A stretch of DNA of 64,000 bases from Burkholderiales bacterium (GTDB taxonomy: Bacteria; Pseudomonadota; Gammaproteobacteria; Burkholderiales; SG8-41), in assembly GCA_030684405.1 (NCBI GenBank), contig JAUXYA010000024.1, forward strand, positions 82,657 to 146,656, written 5' to 3'. The position numbers and the translations under genes are program-made. The notes below the pieces were generated by a model. The model was not told where the DNA came from and searched no databases. It worked only from the letters and a program-made list of their open reading frames with translations. Of this stretch, positions 36,855 to 46,508 are shown piece by piece (position 1 is the stretch's first letter; the number at the start of each line of letters is the position of its first letter).

Positions 36855-37694
36855 ATGCAGCTGATCCTGATCACGGGCCTCTCGGGATCAGGCAAGAGCG
36901 TGGCACTGGCCGTGCTTGAGGACGCGGGCTTCTACTGTGTCGACAACCTGCCCGTCGCGATGATCGGCGCGCTGGTGGCAACGCTGCGCAATGAGGGCCA
37001 CAACCGCGTCGCCCTGACGGTCGATGCGCGCACCGGTGACGCGGTCGCCGGCCTGCCTCACGAAGTCGAAAGCCTGAAATCAGGCGGCATTGATGTACGC
37101 GTGCTGTTCCTCGAAGCCAAGGCCGATGCCTTGATCAAGCGCTTTTCCGAAACACGCCGCCGCCATCCGCTGTCCTCCGGCGGGCTGACGCTGCCCGAGT
37201 GCATCACCCGCGAGCGCGACATGGTCGAAGGCATACCGGAAATCGCCCACCGTATCGACACCAGCGACCTCGCTCCCAACACCCTGCGCAACTGGGTCAG
37301 GGAGTTCGCGGCACTGTCGCCCTCGGGGCTGACGCTGCTGTTCGAATCCTTCGGCTTCAAGCACGGCATACCGCTGGACGCCGATTTCGTGTTCGACGTG
37401 CGCTGCCTGCCCAACCCCTACTATGACCCCGTGCTGCGGCCGCTGACCGGATGCGATGCCGCGGTTGCAGAATTCATCCGCGCCACGCCGGAAGCGATGC
37501 GCATGCTCGAGGACATCCACCGCTTCGTCAGCGACTGGCTGCCGGCCTTCGACCGCGACAACCGCAGCTACCTGACTGTCGCCATCGGCTGCACCGGCGG
37601 ACGCCACCGCTCAGTGTTTCTCGCCGAAACCCTCGCCGGCCGCTTCCGCGAGCGCGGACGCACGCTGGCGCGTCATCGCGAACTTGGCGCATGA
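36855..37694 (+). CDS. rapZ: RNase adapter protein RapZ
   Basis: MQLILITGLSGSGKSVALAVLED is a typical N-terminus. The ORF track offers an earlier ATG at 36828. Confidence 0.92.
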   Translation: MQLILITGLSGSGKSVALAVLEDAGFYCVDNLPVAMIGALVATLRNEGHNRVALTVDARTGDAVAGLPHEVESLKSGGIDVRVLFLEAKADALIKRFSETRRRHPLSSGGLTLPECITRERDMVEGIPEIAHRIDTSDLAPNTLRNWVREFAALSPSGLTLLFESFGFKHGIPLDADFVFDVRCLPNPYYDPVLRPLTGCDAAVAEFIRATPEAMRMLEDIHRFVSDWLPAFDRDNRSYLTVAIGCTGGRHRSVFLAETLAGRFRERGRTLARHRELGA

Positions 37695-38299
37695 GCAGCG
37701 ACATTCGCGAACTGCCGCTGTTTCCGTTGGGCACCGTGCTGTTTCCCGGCGGCCTGCTGCCGCTGAAGATCTTTGAGCAGCGTTATGTCGACATGACCAA
37801 GGCCTGCCTGCGCGACTCCACGCCCTTCGGCGTGTGTCTGATCAAGGAAGGTCGCGAAGTCGGCGAGCCCGCGGCACCGCATGCAGTGGGCTGCCTCGCG
37901 CAGATCGAGCAATGGGACGTGCCGCACCCGAATCTTTTCGCCGTGCTAGCGCGCGGCGGCGCGCGCTTCCGCATCCTCGGCGCCTCGGTGGGGACTAACG
38001 GACTCATCACTGGCCGCATCGAAATGCTTCCCGAACCCACTCGGCCCGAAACTGTCGACCGTGCCTGCCAGGAAGTGCTGCGTCTCGCAATCGAACGCGC
38101 CGGCGCCGACAGCGTGCCGGGACCGATACAACTCGACGATGCACTCTGGGTCAGCTACCGGCTTGCTGAAATCCTGCCGATCTCGCCGCCGGAAAAGCAG
38201 GCGTTGCTGGAAATGGATGACACCGCGGAACGGCTTGCCCAGTTGCAGGCACTGCTGCTGAGCCATGGAATCATAGAAAATATCAATAAAAACAAATAG
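37691..38299 (+). CDS. LON peptidase substrate-binding (Lon N-terminal) domain protein
   Basis: MSSDIRELPLFPLGTVLFPGGLLPLKIFEQRY is a typical LON-N start. Its ATG overlaps the rapZ stop (ATGA). Confidence 0.8.
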   Translation: MSSDIRELPLFPLGTVLFPGGLLPLKIFEQRYVDMTKACLRDSTPFGVCLIKEGREVGEPAAPHAVGCLAQIEQWDVPHPNLFAVLARGGARFRILGASVGTNGLITGRIEMLPEPTRPETVDRACQEVLRLAIERAGADSVPGPIQLDDALWVSYRLAEILPISPPEKQALLEMDDTAERLAQLQALLLSHGIIENINKNK

Positions 38300-38303
38300 T
38301 TAT
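38281..38303 (+). repeat. AT-rich 23-nt motif, copy 5 (tatcaatAAAAACAAatagttat)
   Basis: It spans the abutting stop codons of two convergent genes (TAG at 38297-38299 and TAA, read on the minus strand, at 38300-38302). Confidence 0.8.
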
Positions 38304-39001
38304 ATACTGTTCTCGGAGACGCCCCGCGGCAAGCGACGTGCCACCAGCAACTCCCGCACACGCGCTGCCGATGTCACAGCATCGAGCAGTTGCAGCGCCT
38401 CTCCACCGGCTGCATGGAGGCCTGCCTCGGTGACCACCAGATCCATCGGCAGGTCATGCGCCTGTGGAAAAATGCTCGGCACGCGGCAGGCATCGAAAGT
38501 GACGCCGATCGCGATCACGCGCCGCTCCAGTGCCGCCAGCGTGCGATCGAAATAGCCGCCGCCATAACCCAGACGATAGCCGCGTCCGTCGAAGGCATTC
38601 ATCGGTACGATCGCAAAATCAGGCAACGCCTCGGGCGTGCCGTCCGGCAGGGGAATATCGTAAACCCCGCGGGTCATCGGCGCACCGGGCCACCACTGCC
38701 GGAACCGCAGCGGCTGCCCCTTCGCCACCACTTCGGGCAGGGCTGCCTCGGCACCGGCCTCGCGCCATTGCCGCACGGCAAAACGCGCATCGAACTCCGC
38801 CTTGAACGGCCAGCAGAATCCGACAACGGCGCCGGAGGGCACCGGTATGCCCGCGGCCAGCAGCGCGGTCATCCGCTGTCCCCACTGCGCGCGTTGCCCG
38901 GCGGATACTTCGCAACGCCAGCCGATCCAGTGCGCGCGCTGCGTTTTGCGCCAGGCATTGATATCCTGCCATTCCTTCAAAGCCGGTTCGTTCATGTCCA
39001 A
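38300..39001 (-). CDS. 5-formyltetrahydrofolate cyclo-ligase family protein
   Basis: It has GYRLGYGGGYFDR and a C-terminal DLPMDLVVTE. The start is either TTG at 39001 or ATG at 38995. Confidence 0.8.
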   Translation of the reverse strand: MDMNEPALKEWQDINAWRKTQRAHWIGWRCEVSAGQRAQWGQRMTALLAAGIPVPSGAVVGFCWPFKAEFDARFAVRQWREAGAEAALPEVVAKGQPLRFRQWWPGAPMTRGVYDIPLPDGTPEALPDFAIVPMNAFDGRGYRLGYGGGYFDRTLAALERRVIAIGVTFDACRVPSIFPQAHDLPMDLVVTEAGLHAAGGEALQLLDAVTSAARVRELLVARRLPRGVSENSI

Positions 39002-39077
39002 TTCCGTTATTGCAGACTTGTAGTCCTGTTATTACGAATGGAATACCACGGGATTCCCATTCCGGACAACCCTGTGG

Positions 39078-40160
39078 TCAAGCGGTTTTGCCGCACGCGA
39101 GCAGACGTTCGACGATGCCGCGCACCGGCGCGGGCAAGGCAGCCTGCAGTGCATCTTCGGGAGAAATCCACAGGCAGCCCGCTTCTTCCGCGCGCTGCGG
39201 CCAGCTTTTAACAATAGCTGGCTGCGGCAGGATATCGAGACGGAAATGGGTAAAGCCGTGTGCAATCATGGGCAACATCTCACCGGGCACAACTTTCGCA
39301 CCGAAGCGCCGCGCGCAGGCCGCCACCGGATCCGCATCGGCATCTTCCTCGGGAAAACACCACAGCCCGCCCCAGATCCCCGTCGTCGGGCGTTTTTCGA
39401 GCAGGATTTCTCCCGCTCGCTGCAGCACCAGCATCATCGTGCGCCGCTGCGGCAAGGCTTTGCGCGGCTTCGGCGTCGGCAATTCAGACACGCGATCCGA
39501 GGCAAGCGCCACGCACAGCACGCGGGCCGGACACTCGCTGCAGCGCGGCCTGCACCGCGTGCACACCGTGGCGCCCAGATCCATCAGTCCCTGGGTGTAG
39601 GCCACAATTTTTTTCTCCGGCAGCAGGGCTTCGGCATCCCGCCACAACCGCGCCGCCACCGCCGTCTCCCCCGGGTAACCTTCGATGCCGCGCAGGCGCG
39701 CGAGCACGCGCTTGACGTTGCCGTCGAGGATGGCCGCACGGCCGCCGAAGGCAAAAACGTATATCGCCGCCGCCGTTGAACGACCGATGCCCGGCAGTGC
39801 CATCAGCGCTTCAGGTGTTGCGGGAAACCGCCCGCCATGTTCGGCAACGATGATCCCGGCGGCGCGATGCAGATTGCGCCCCCGCGAGTAATAACCGAGT
39901 CCGCTCCATAACGCGAGCACATCGTCCTCTGCGGCAGCGGCCAGAGCAGCGACGGTCGGAAAACGCTCGAGGAAGCGCTGGTAATAAGGCATCACCGTCG
40001 CGACCTGCGTCTGCTGCAGCATGATCTCCGACAGCCACACCGCATAGGGATCACGGGTGTTCTGCCACGGCAGGTCGTGCCGGCCGTGGCGCTGCTGCCA
40101 GGCAATCAGCGCCGGCGCGAACGCCGCGACAGCACGATCAGTCACGGCATCAGCGGCCAA
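39078..40160 (-). CDS. mutY: A/G-specific adenine DNA glycosylase
   Basis: It has WLSEIMLQQTQV, the HhH-GPD motif, the FeS cluster loop CTRCRPRCSECPARVLC and a NUDIX-like C-terminal domain. Confidence 0.93.
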   Translation of the reverse strand: MAADAVTDRAVAAFAPALIAWQQRHGRHDLPWQNTRDPYAVWLSEIMLQQTQVATVMPYYQRFLERFPTVAALAAAAEDDVLALWSGLGYYSRGRNLHRAAGIIVAEHGGRFPATPEALMALPGIGRSTAAAIYVFAFGGRAAILDGNVKRVLARLRGIEGYPGETAVAARLWRDAEALLPEKKIVAYTQGLMDLGATVCTRCRPRCSECPARVLCVALASDRVSELPTPKPRKALPQRRTMMLVLQRAGEILLEKRPTTGIWGGLWCFPEEDADADPVAACARRFGAKVVPGEMLPMIAHGFTHFRLDILPQPAIVKSWPQRAEEAGCLWISPEDALQAALPAPVRGIVERLLACGKTA

Positions 40161-42297
40161 GCAGTCCTTTCAGCGCATCGCGCGCACTGCCACCGCTTTT
40201 TGCCCCCTCCGCCGGTGCCGATCCGGCGCCGGATTGCGGCGCCAGCCGGTCGAGCACCCGTTTCTTCAGCGCATCCTCTGCCTTCTGCCTCACGGTGTCG
40301 GTAACCATCGCACCGAAGTCGAGCCGGTAGGACGGTGCCTTCAGCGGCCCGGACACGCGCACCGGTATGGTGAGGCCGCGCAGATCATCAGTCTCGCGCC
40401 CGCCCTGGCCCTTGCTGGTGCCGACGATACTGGCCTTGACCAGGTAATTGAGGCTGTCCGCGCCAATGTTGATCTCGCCTTCGCCGCCTACCCGCAGCAG
40501 CGGCGACTTCATCGACAGGTCGTTGTTGCGCGCCACCCCGTCGGCAATCCGGAAACTCGCTGTCAGTTCCGAGAAATCGGTTTTCTGCCGCGCATCCGCC
40601 TGCTGGGTCTGCTCGCCCTTGAGCGTGCCGAGGCGGGCTTTGGCGGTGTGTATCGCGCCGGCGATATCGATGCCCTTCAGCGCGCCGTCGGCTACCTGCA
40701 GCGCGGCGGTGCCACTCAGCGCGCGTTTCAGCGCATCGGCCGTGTTGCCGCGGGTGTTCAGATCCACCGTCACCGTGCCGCGCCCCTCCAGTGTTTCATT
40801 ATCGGCGAGATCCTTCAGCAAGGGTGCGAGGCTGACCCCGGCCAGCGTCTGCTTCAGCGCAAACACTGGAATCTTCGGCGCAGCATCGACCGTGGCCGAG
40901 CCCTCCAGCGTGCCCTGATACAGGCCTGCGCTCAGTGGGCTGAGGCTGAGCCGTCCACCGCCGGCCTTGAGCCCCGCGCGCAGGTTCTGCAGTTTCAGCT
41001 TGTTGACCGTCAGCGCGCCGATGCGGAGATTGCCATCAGCACGTAATGCCTTCAGGGCGGACACATCGAAAGACTTTGTCGGCGTGGCGGCCGGCTGGGC
41101 AGTCGATGCCGAAGCCGACGGTGTGCCGCTCCCCTTGCCGGCCGGCGCCCCCACGGGCAGCAGGCGGTCAACATCGAGTTGATCGAGATCGATGTCGAAA
41201 CTGTATGCCGAAGGGTCAAAGCCGGCGATGCCCAAACGCGCTTTCAGTGTACTGCCGGCCAAGGTCCCGGAAAGATCGAGCCGCAGGTTCTCTTTGACGA
41301 CATCGGCGCTGGCGCTGCCCGTCAGTTCGCCGCTGATGCCCTGCCCGGGCAGCCCCGCACCGCTTGCGCTGACGCTTGCCTTAAGCTGCGGCAGGGTGAA
41401 CTGTTGCGTTTGCAGGTTGCCGTTGACCGGCGAGGCCAGACGCAGCTTGAACGCGCGGCCGTCCTGCCTGAAGCCGGCATCGATCGTCGCGACGGCCGCC
41501 TTGAATGCCTCCAGTGTGCCGGCGACCGCGGGCAACTCCAGCTTGAATTCGAGGTTCTCCAGTGTCGCCGCCTTGCCGCGGATGTCCAGAACCAGCTGCT
41601 CCAGTGCGGCGGATTTTTGTCCGGCATCGAATGCCAGCCGGGTTTTGAGGTCGACCGCTACATCGAGCATTGGACGGTCCGCCTGCGCGATCATGGTCAA
41701 CCGGATGTCGGCCGGGACTCCGCTGGCGATACGTCCGGTCTGCAGGTTCAACTTTGACACCGCGTAGCGCGTACCCGCAGTCTCGTCGTGAAACTCCAGC
41801 ATCGAGTCGGTAATCATCACGCGGTCGATGTCGAAGGCAAACTGCCGGCCCGGCTCTCCGGCGGGCTTCCGCGTTTCCGGCTTGCCGCCCTCCGCCGCAT
41901 CACCACCGATCAGGCCCTCGAGGTTCAGCCGGCCCTTGCGGTCACGCGACAGGTTGATGCGTGCACCGCGCACCGTCACCTCGTCAACCACCAGCTGCTT
42001 CGACAGCAGTGGCAACAGCTTCAAAGAAAAACGGGCCCCGTCAACGGACATGAAAAGCTTGTCGCTGTTGCGTTCCGACAGCGACAGCTTTCCCAGTTCG
42101 GCGCCAATGCCGGGCCAGAACGCGAGCTGAATATTGCCTTCGAGTTTCAGCGTGCGCTGGCTGTGCTCCCGCACCAGTTCGACGATCTGCGGTTTGTAGT
42201 CGTTCGGATCAAAAGTTGCGGCGACATAGGCCAGCACAGCACCGGCGAGGAGCGCCAGTGCACCAATAACAAGAGCGGCAATCTTGAGGATTTTCAT
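40150..42297 (-). CDS. asmA: AsmA family outer-membrane assembly protein
   Basis: 715 aa with an N-terminal anchor (MKILKIAALVIGALALLAG), a repetitive beta-rich body and a conserved C-terminus (LNYLVKASIVGTSKGQGG). Confidence 0.85.
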   Translation of the reverse strand: MKILKIAALVIGALALLAGAVLAYVAATFDPNDYKPQIVELVREHSQRTLKLEGNIQLAFWPGIGAELGKLSLSERNSDKLFMSVDGARFSLKLLPLLSKQLVVDEVTVRGARINLSRDRKGRLNLEGLIGGDAAEGGKPETRKPAGEPGRQFAFDIDRVMITDSMLEFHDETAGTRYAVSKLNLQTGRIASGVPADIRLTMIAQADRPMLDVAVDLKTRLAFDAGQKSAALEQLVLDIRGKAATLENLEFKLELPAVAGTLEAFKAAVATIDAGFRQDGRAFKLRLASPVNGNLQTQQFTLPQLKASVSASGAGLPGQGISGELTGSASADVVKENLRLDLSGTLAGSTLKARLGIAGFDPSAYSFDIDLDQLDVDRLLPVGAPAGKGSGTPSASASTAQPAATPTKSFDVSALKALRADGNLRIGALTVNKLKLQNLRAGLKAGGGRLSLSPLSAGLYQGTLEGSATVDAAPKIPVFALKQTLAGVSLAPLLKDLADNETLEGRGTVTVDLNTRGNTADALKRALSGTAALQVADGALKGIDIAGAIHTAKARLGTLKGEQTQQADARQKTDFSELTASFRIADGVARNNDLSMKSPLLRVGGEGEINIGADSLNYLVKASIVGTSKGQGGRETDDLRGLTIPVRVSGPLKAPSYRLDFGAMVTDTVRQKAEDALKKRVLDRLAPQSGAGSAPAEGAKSGGSARDALKGLLGR

Positions 42298-42323
42298 CGG
42301 TCGACCCGCGGCTGTTGCTGGGG

Positions 42324-42397
42324 TGGAGCGGGTGAAGGGAATCGAACCCTCGTATGCAGCTTGGGAAGCTGCCGTTCTGCCATTGAACTACACCCGC
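42324..42397 (-). tRNA. tRNA-Gly (anticodon CCC)
   Basis: The reverse complement GCGGGTGTAGTTCAATGGCAGAACGGCAGCTTCCCAAGCTGCATACGAGGGTTCGATTCCCTTCACCCGCTCCA folds as a cloverleaf with anticodon loop TTCCCAA and an encoded CCA end. Confidence 0.95.
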
Positions 42398-42717
42398 AAT
42401 TTCGGCCATTTTAACGGCGGAAGGAGTTGAGCGCCAAGCGGGATCGTTATGTCGGTAGCGGGTAGGGCTGTGAATACTTTCTCAAATCCCGGTCATTAGC
42501 GGTTACAGGAGATTGATGTGGCAATTATTTCCATGAAGCAGGAATTTCTCCATCTCAAAAATCAAAAGCTTCGCAGCGCTTCGTCAAATGTGCATGGGGT
42601 GAAAAGAGGCACGCGTTAAATGTGAAGTCAGGCGGCACATGTTGAAAAGCAAGAAATTTCGGCTGAAAAAAGCGGACAATAGCCGCCCAATCATTATCGA
42701 CGCCATCTGGAACCCCC

Positions 42718-44919
42718 ATGGAAATCAAGGTCAATTTTCTCGACAAGTTTCGCCTGGAGGCCAAATTCGATGATTTCACGGTGGTGGCCGATCAGCCTAT
42801 CCGCTACAAGGGTGATGGCTCGGCCCCCGGTCCGTTCGATTACTTTCTGGCTTCATCGGCTCAGTGTGCAGCTTACTTTGTGAAGTTGTACTGCGTTACG
42901 CGCAATATTCCTACCGACAACATCCGCCTGTCGCAGAATAATATTGTTGATCCGGAAAACCGCTACAAGCAGATTTTCAAGATCCAAGTCGAATTGCCGG
43001 CAGATATCTCCGCCACAGACCGCCAGGGAATTTTGCGGTCTATCGAGCGTTGCACAGTGAAAAAGGTGGTGCAGGCCGGCCCTGAGTTTGTGATTGAAGA
43101 GGTGGAAACCCTGGATGCCGATGCTCAGGCCTTGCTGATGCTGAAACCGGCTTCAGAAGCAAGTACTTATATTACGGGCAAGGATCTGCCGCTGGAGCAA
43201 ACCATCGCCAATATGTCAGGAATCCTCGCGGGCCTGGGCATGAAAATCGAAATCGCTTCGTGGCGCAATATTGTTCCCAATGTATGGTCTCTGCATATCC
43301 GCGATGCCCACTCCCCGATGTGTTTCACCAATGGCAAAGGGGCGACCAAAGAAAGCGCGCTGGCGTCTGCGTTGGGCGAGTTTATAGAGCGGCTGAGTTG
43401 CAATCATTTTTACAACGATCAGTTTTGGGGTGAAGACATTGCCAGCGCGGCGGTCGTGCATTATCCGAGCGAGCGCTGGTTCAAGCCCGGTTCTGAGGAT
43501 GCACTGCCGGCTGAAATACTCGATGAATACTGCCTGCGGATTTACAACCCCGATGGCGAGTTGCGTGGCTCGCATCTGTACGACACCAACTCCGGCAACA
43601 TAGAGCGCGGCATCTGCTCTCTGCCGTATGTGCGTCAGTCGGACGGCGAGGTGGTGTATTTCCCGTCTAACCTGATCGACAATCTGTTCCTCAGCAATGG
43701 CATGAGTGCGGGCAATACGCTGGCCGAAGCGCAAGTGCAATGCCTGTCCGAAATTTTCGAGCGGGCAGTAAAACGAGAAATTCTCGAGGGTGAAATCTCA
43801 CTCCCTGATGTGCCGCCCGAAGTGATGGCCAAATACCCCGGCATTCTGGCCGGCATTCAGGGGTTGGAGGAGCAGGGTTTTCCAGTGCTGGTGAAGGATG
43901 CGTCGCTGGGCGGGGAATTTCCAGTGATGTGCGTCACCTTGATGAATCCGCGTACGGGCGGTGTGTTCGCCTCGTTCGGATCGCACCCCAGTTTCGGGGT
44001 GGCGCTGGAACGCAGTCTTACGGAGTTGCTGCAGGGTCGCAGTTTTGAAGGTCTGAACGATTTACCCCGGCCCACCTTTGAAAGTAACGCCGTGACCGAG
44101 CCGAATAACTTTGTTGAGCACTTTATCGATTCCAGTGGCGTCGTGTCGTGGCGCTTTTTCAGCTCCAAAGCTGATTTCGATTTTGTTGAGTGGGACTTTT
44201 CTGGTCGGGGTAAAAATTCCAATGCCGAAGAAGCTGCGACCCTGTTCGGCATTCTCGAAGGCATGGGGAAAGAAGTGTATATGGCGGTGTATGAGGATTT
44301 AGGCGCAACGGCCTGCCGCATCCTGGTGCCGGGTTATTCCGAGGTGTATCCGGTAGAGGATTTGATCTGGGATAACACCAACAAAGCACTGTTGTTCCGC
44401 GCCGATATCCTGAACCTGCATCGTCTGGACGATGCCAGTCTGAAAGCATTGCTTGAACGTCTGGAAGCCAGTGATCTGGATGTTTACACGGACATCATCA
44501 CATTGATTGGCGTCGAATTTGACGAGAACACGGCCTGGGGTCAGCTAACGATTCTGGAATTGAAGCTGCTGATTAATCTCGCCTTGAAGCAATTTGAAGC
44601 AACGCAAGAGCTGGTGGAAGCCTTCCTGCAGTACAACGAAAACACGGTCGAGCGCGGATTGTTTTATCAGGCCTTGAACGTGGTGCTGGAGGTACTGCTG
44701 GACGACGATCTGGAACTGGACGATTTCGCGGTCAATTTCCGCCGGATGTTTGGCAACCCGCGAATGGACGCGGTAATGGGCTCAGTGGACGGCAGCGTGC
44801 GCTTCTTCGGCTTGACATCAACGAGCATGAAACTGGAGGGGCTCGACAGGCACCAGCGCCTGATCGACAGCTACAAAAAACTGCACGCGGTACGGGCCAA
44901 GGCAGCTTTATCCGATTGA
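42718..44919 (+). CDS. OsmC domain / YcaO domain fusion protein
   Basis: The N-terminal ~130 aa are OsmC-like (GDGSAPGPFDYFLASSAQCAAYF...ERCTVKKV). A YcaO-type domain follows (CFTNGKGATKESALASALGEFIERLS) with a helical C-terminal region. GC content is clearly lower than in the flanks. Confidence 0.85.
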   Translation: MEIKVNFLDKFRLEAKFDDFTVVADQPIRYKGDGSAPGPFDYFLASSAQCAAYFVKLYCVTRNIPTDNIRLSQNNIVDPENRYKQIFKIQVELPADISATDRQGILRSIERCTVKKVVQAGPEFVIEEVETLDADAQALLMLKPASEASTYITGKDLPLEQTIANMSGILAGLGMKIEIASWRNIVPNVWSLHIRDAHSPMCFTNGKGATKESALASALGEFIERLSCNHFYNDQFWGEDIASAAVVHYPSERWFKPGSEDALPAEILDEYCLRIYNPDGELRGSHLYDTNSGNIERGICSLPYVRQSDGEVVYFPSNLIDNLFLSNGMSAGNTLAEAQVQCLSEIFERAVKREILEGEISLPDVPPEVMAKYPGILAGIQGLEEQGFPVLVKDASLGGEFPVMCVTLMNPRTGGVFASFGSHPSFGVALERSLTELLQGRSFEGLNDLPRPTFESNAVTEPNNFVEHFIDSSGVVSWRFFSSKADFDFVEWDFSGRGKNSNAEEAATLFGILEGMGKEVYMAVYEDLGATACRILVPGYSEVYPVEDLIWDNTNKALLFRADILNLHRLDDASLKALLERLEASDLDVYTDIITLIGVEFDENTAWGQLTILELKLLINLALKQFEATQELVEAFLQYNENTVERGLFYQALNVVLEVLLDDDLELDDFAVNFRRMFGNPRMDAVMGSVDGSVRFFGLTSTSMKLEGLDRHQRLIDSYKKLHAVRAKAALSD

Positions 44920-45148
44920 CCTGGCTGTGGCGCTTCTGAACCAGATTGAATATTGTATTTTCACCTGAACGGGGGGGCTGACAGATGGCGAGCAAGCAAC
45001 ACAGCCCGGAGCAGGCAGTCGCAAAGCCGCAGCAGATTCTATGGGCGTGGGCGTCGCTTATGCCCGAGATTTGTGAAGGCGTTCACAATCCCGCCCCCCA
45101 CCGACATAACCATCCCAACACAAGGATTTACTGCCGTTTGGCGAAAGC

Positions 45149-46468
45149 TCAGGGCCGCCACAGCGGCCGCGCGGGCAAAGCGCCCTCGAGCAAAGACTGT
45201 TCGAGGAAAAAATACGCGTCGAAGTGATCCCGCGGCACGATCTCGATGCCATTCTCGAGGCCCACTGCATTGCCGTTCTGCATCCACCAGCGCGGATGCT
45301 CACCAAGAAATGGCGCCTCGGCCGTAAAAAACGCGAAGCGGTGTCCGGCATCGCGCAGCTTGCGATCCATCGAGTTCTCCGCCGTCGGCACCATCCAGTC
45401 ACCCTGGGTGCCGCTGGCGCGATAGGCCGTGAGCGCGATGTTGAATACCCGCTTCCCGCTGAGGGCGCTGAAGAAAAACACGCCGGACTTGAGATCGCCG
45501 AAGCCCCACCAGTCGGCCGGCGACCGGTTGTGTGAGACATGACTGGTATGCGCCGCCAGCAGCGCGCGCTGCACGCCATGCATTTCCATCACCAGCATCA
45601 GGTTGCGCCCCTGCGCGCGGTCGCGCTCGTTCCAGCTCAGCACATCGTCCGCCTGTTCGAGATGATAGAACCCGAGCCACCCGAGCAGGGTCGATGCCGA
45701 GATCGCCAGCTCGTAGGCATCAGTAGCGGCAGGATCACCTGATTTGCGTGAGCTCGCGCCTGCAGTCCGTGCTGTTTCCATCAGCAGCGTCAGCGCGGCC
45801 CTGCAATCTTCGTATGCGCCCTCCGGCAGGAACCGCGGACCCTGGCGGGGCTCGGGCAGCAGGCTGTCGAATTCGTCCCAGGAGCGCGCGCCGTGACCCG
45901 GACAGCGGCTCCGGATGCGAACCGCCAGTGCCGCAGAAACACCGGCCCCTGCACCCAGCCGTTCGATCCGCTCGAAATGCGCCCACGGCCGGTCCCAGAC
46001 ATCAATGCCGCGGAACATCAGCGGATCGGCTGGATGATCGCGGTTGTAGGCACAGGCCCATTCCCAGAGGTCGCGGTCGGCGGCGGTCGGCATGTACATG
46101 ACGTCCAGCGGCACCGGCGTACTCCCTTGGGTGCATGAGGCCAACCAGCGCGCCAGCTCCAGGCTGCGCAGCGTCGGGTTTTCCCAGGTGATCAGGCGCA
46201 GGCCCTGCCGGGAGACGAGGTAACGGATCAGTCGCGCCTGCACGCGCAGGAAGCCGGCCGAACCGTGGACGCTCTCGCCGATCGCCACCACGTCGGCGGC
46301 TGCGACCGCCGTCTTCAGCAGTGCATCGAGGTCGGTATCGGTCAATGCTTCGGATGCGGAACGGAGTTCGGTGACTCCCGGCAATGCTGCCCGCACGGGC
46401 AGCACCTCACACAGGCAGCAGGCAAGAACCAGCGCGGCGGCTCCGAGGCCCGGAATTCCGCCGCGCAT
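45149..46468 (-). CDS. Erythromycin esterase-like family protein with a signal peptide
   Basis: VVAIGESVHGSAGFLRVQARLIRYLV resembles the GExxHGxxEF motif of the Ere/ChaN-like family. It has an N-terminal signal peptide. Confidence 0.55.
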   Translation of the reverse strand: MRGGIPGLGAAALVLACCLCEVLPVRAALPGVTELRSASEALTDTDLDALLKTAVAAADVVAIGESVHGSAGFLRVQARLIRYLVSRQGLRLITWENPTLRSLELARWLASCTQGSTPVPLDVMYMPTAADRDLWEWACAYNRDHPADPLMFRGIDVWDRPWAHFERIERLGAGAGVSAALAVRIRSRCPGHGARSWDEFDSLLPEPRQGPRFLPEGAYEDCRAALTLLMETARTAGASSRKSGDPAATDAYELAISASTLLGWLGFYHLEQADDVLSWNERDRAQGRNLMLVMEMHGVQRALLAAHTSHVSHNRSPADWWGFGDLKSGVFFFSALSGKRVFNIALTAYRASGTQGDWMVPTAENSMDRKLRDAGHRFAFFTAEAPFLGEHPRWWMQNGNAVGLENGIEIVPRDHFDAYFFLEQSLLEGALPARPLWRP

Positions 46469-46508
46469 CGTCAGCTGCGGGCCGCGCCCGTGAAAGCCAG
46501 TCCGCCGC

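Noticed and set aside
39002-39077. The hairpin gaatggaat...attcccattc between mutY and the cyclo-ligase gene as a terminator.
   Set aside because: The stem is short and imperfect and is not followed by a U-run on the transcribed strand. There is too little support to list it as a feature.
42324-45148. A classical tRNA-targeted integrative island.
   Set aside because: No integrase, no direct repeat of the tRNA 3-prime end, and the low-GC DNA lies on the 5-prime side of the tRNA gene. I report it only as a compositionally atypical islet.
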